64,000 nucleotides of DNA from a virus. Below, piece after piece: positions 63,396 to 64,000 of the stretch. Under the pieces are notes generated by a model that had not been told where the DNA came from, searched no databases, and saw only the letters and a list, made by a program, of their open reading frames with translations. Both the position numbers and the translations under genes were made by a program. The stretch spans positions 1 through 64,000 of IMG/VR virus record IMGVR_UViG_3300028400_000005, one strand, 5' to 3'. The first letter of the stretch is position 1. Each line of letters opens with the position of its first letter.

Positions 63396-64000
63396 TTAGC
63401 TGGTGCTACCCTCGAGCACGCCCACCACGGCGCGCTCGCCGGGGGCGACGGGCACGTCGGCCGCGGGTTCGATGAGGGTGATCTCGCGCACGTCGGGATG
63501 GGCCACGGTGAGGGCGGCGATGAGGTTTTCCCGGCTCAGCTTCTGCCCGATCTGCAGGTCGCGCACGTGCTGGCGGGCGGCCTCGTAGCAGGCGGCCAGG
63601 GCCTCGTCGCTGCCGTCCACCTGGAAGCGGATGTCCACGTACTTCGGTGCCGCGGCGATGACCTCGAGGGACACCCCGGCGGGGCGTCCGGCGTCGAGCG
63701 CGGTGCGCAGGTAGTCCACCATCTCGGGGGTGACGCTGGCCGAGCCGTTGTCCACGTACAGGCGCACCACCGCCGGCGGGAGGCTGGGGTCGCGGGTGAT
63801 GTCGCGCGCGAGCACCTGGGTTACGCGCTCGCCCGCGGGGCTGGTGGCCTCGAGCGCGGCGGCCTCGAGGGACTGCAGGGTACCCTTCTGCAGGCCGGTA
63901 AAGAAGCGGGCGAAGCGGGCGATCTGGTCTTCGAGGGCTTCCTCGTCACGGCCGCCTACGGCGGGCTGGGGGTTGGTCACCTGCTCCACGCCCGGGATGA
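63396..64000 (-). CDS. Baseplate J-like protein (C-terminal part, begins beyond the window)
   Basis: VTNP....GGRDEE, GT..SLEAAALE, V.LYVDNG and RPAGV. Confidence 0.88.
   Translation of the reverse strand, partial: IPGVEQVTNPQPAVGGRDEEALEDQIARFARFFTGLQKGTLQSLEAAALEATSPAGERVTQVLARDITRDPSLPPAVVRLYVDNGSASVTPEMVDYLRTALDAGRPAGVSLEVIAAAPKYVDIRFQVDGSDEALAACYEAARQHVRDLQIGQKLSRENLIAALTVAHPDVREITLIEPAADVPVAPGERAVVGVLEGSTS

Larger units (their letters stand above)
1..64000. mobile_element. Large temperate myovirus, probable phage-plasmid (no boundaries in the window)
   Basis: Virion, lysis, replication, immunity and partition modules with no host housekeeping block. Confidence 0.85.

Overview
The whole 64 kb window is part of one large temperate myovirus, probably a phage-plasmid. 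The GC content is high (roughly 70% by eye). Leaderless promoters and abundant CTCGAG suggest a Deinococcota (Thermales-like) host, which is an inference. The virion genes are a Herelleviridae-type (SPO1/K/A511-like) head module (portal, prohead protease, scaffold, major capsid, neck), GpA-type terminase, baseplate and tail-fibre genes and a lysis cassette. Maintenance and replication genes are ParA with a small DNA-binding partner, a tyrosine recombinase next to a dif-like site, a CI/Cro-like switch, an iteron-containing initiator with a DnaC-like loader, and a phage beta clamp. Cargo includes two giant SNF2-type proteins (one DarB-like), a RelA/SpoT synthetase, an InPase domain and MuF. The top finding is an unannotated 32-aa secreted pro-peptide (38043-38141, predicted mature peptide DPCPGCV) directly behind a 476-aa TPR-like protein and ahead of a small effector-like ORF. 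This is a candidate arbitrium/RRNPP-like peptide communication system with a disulfide-capable signal. Other signals read from the DNA are a repressor operator GTCY-N8-RGAC at about 9 promoters and a late-promoter motif (ACSG-N10-TAGGGT, mostly leaderless) at about 15 virion genes. There is also a shared hydrophobic-x-K-A processing tag on head and cargo proteins, a dispersed palindrome with recombinase-core-like sites, and a candidate structured ncRNA. All family assignments come from motif recognition by eye, not database searches.
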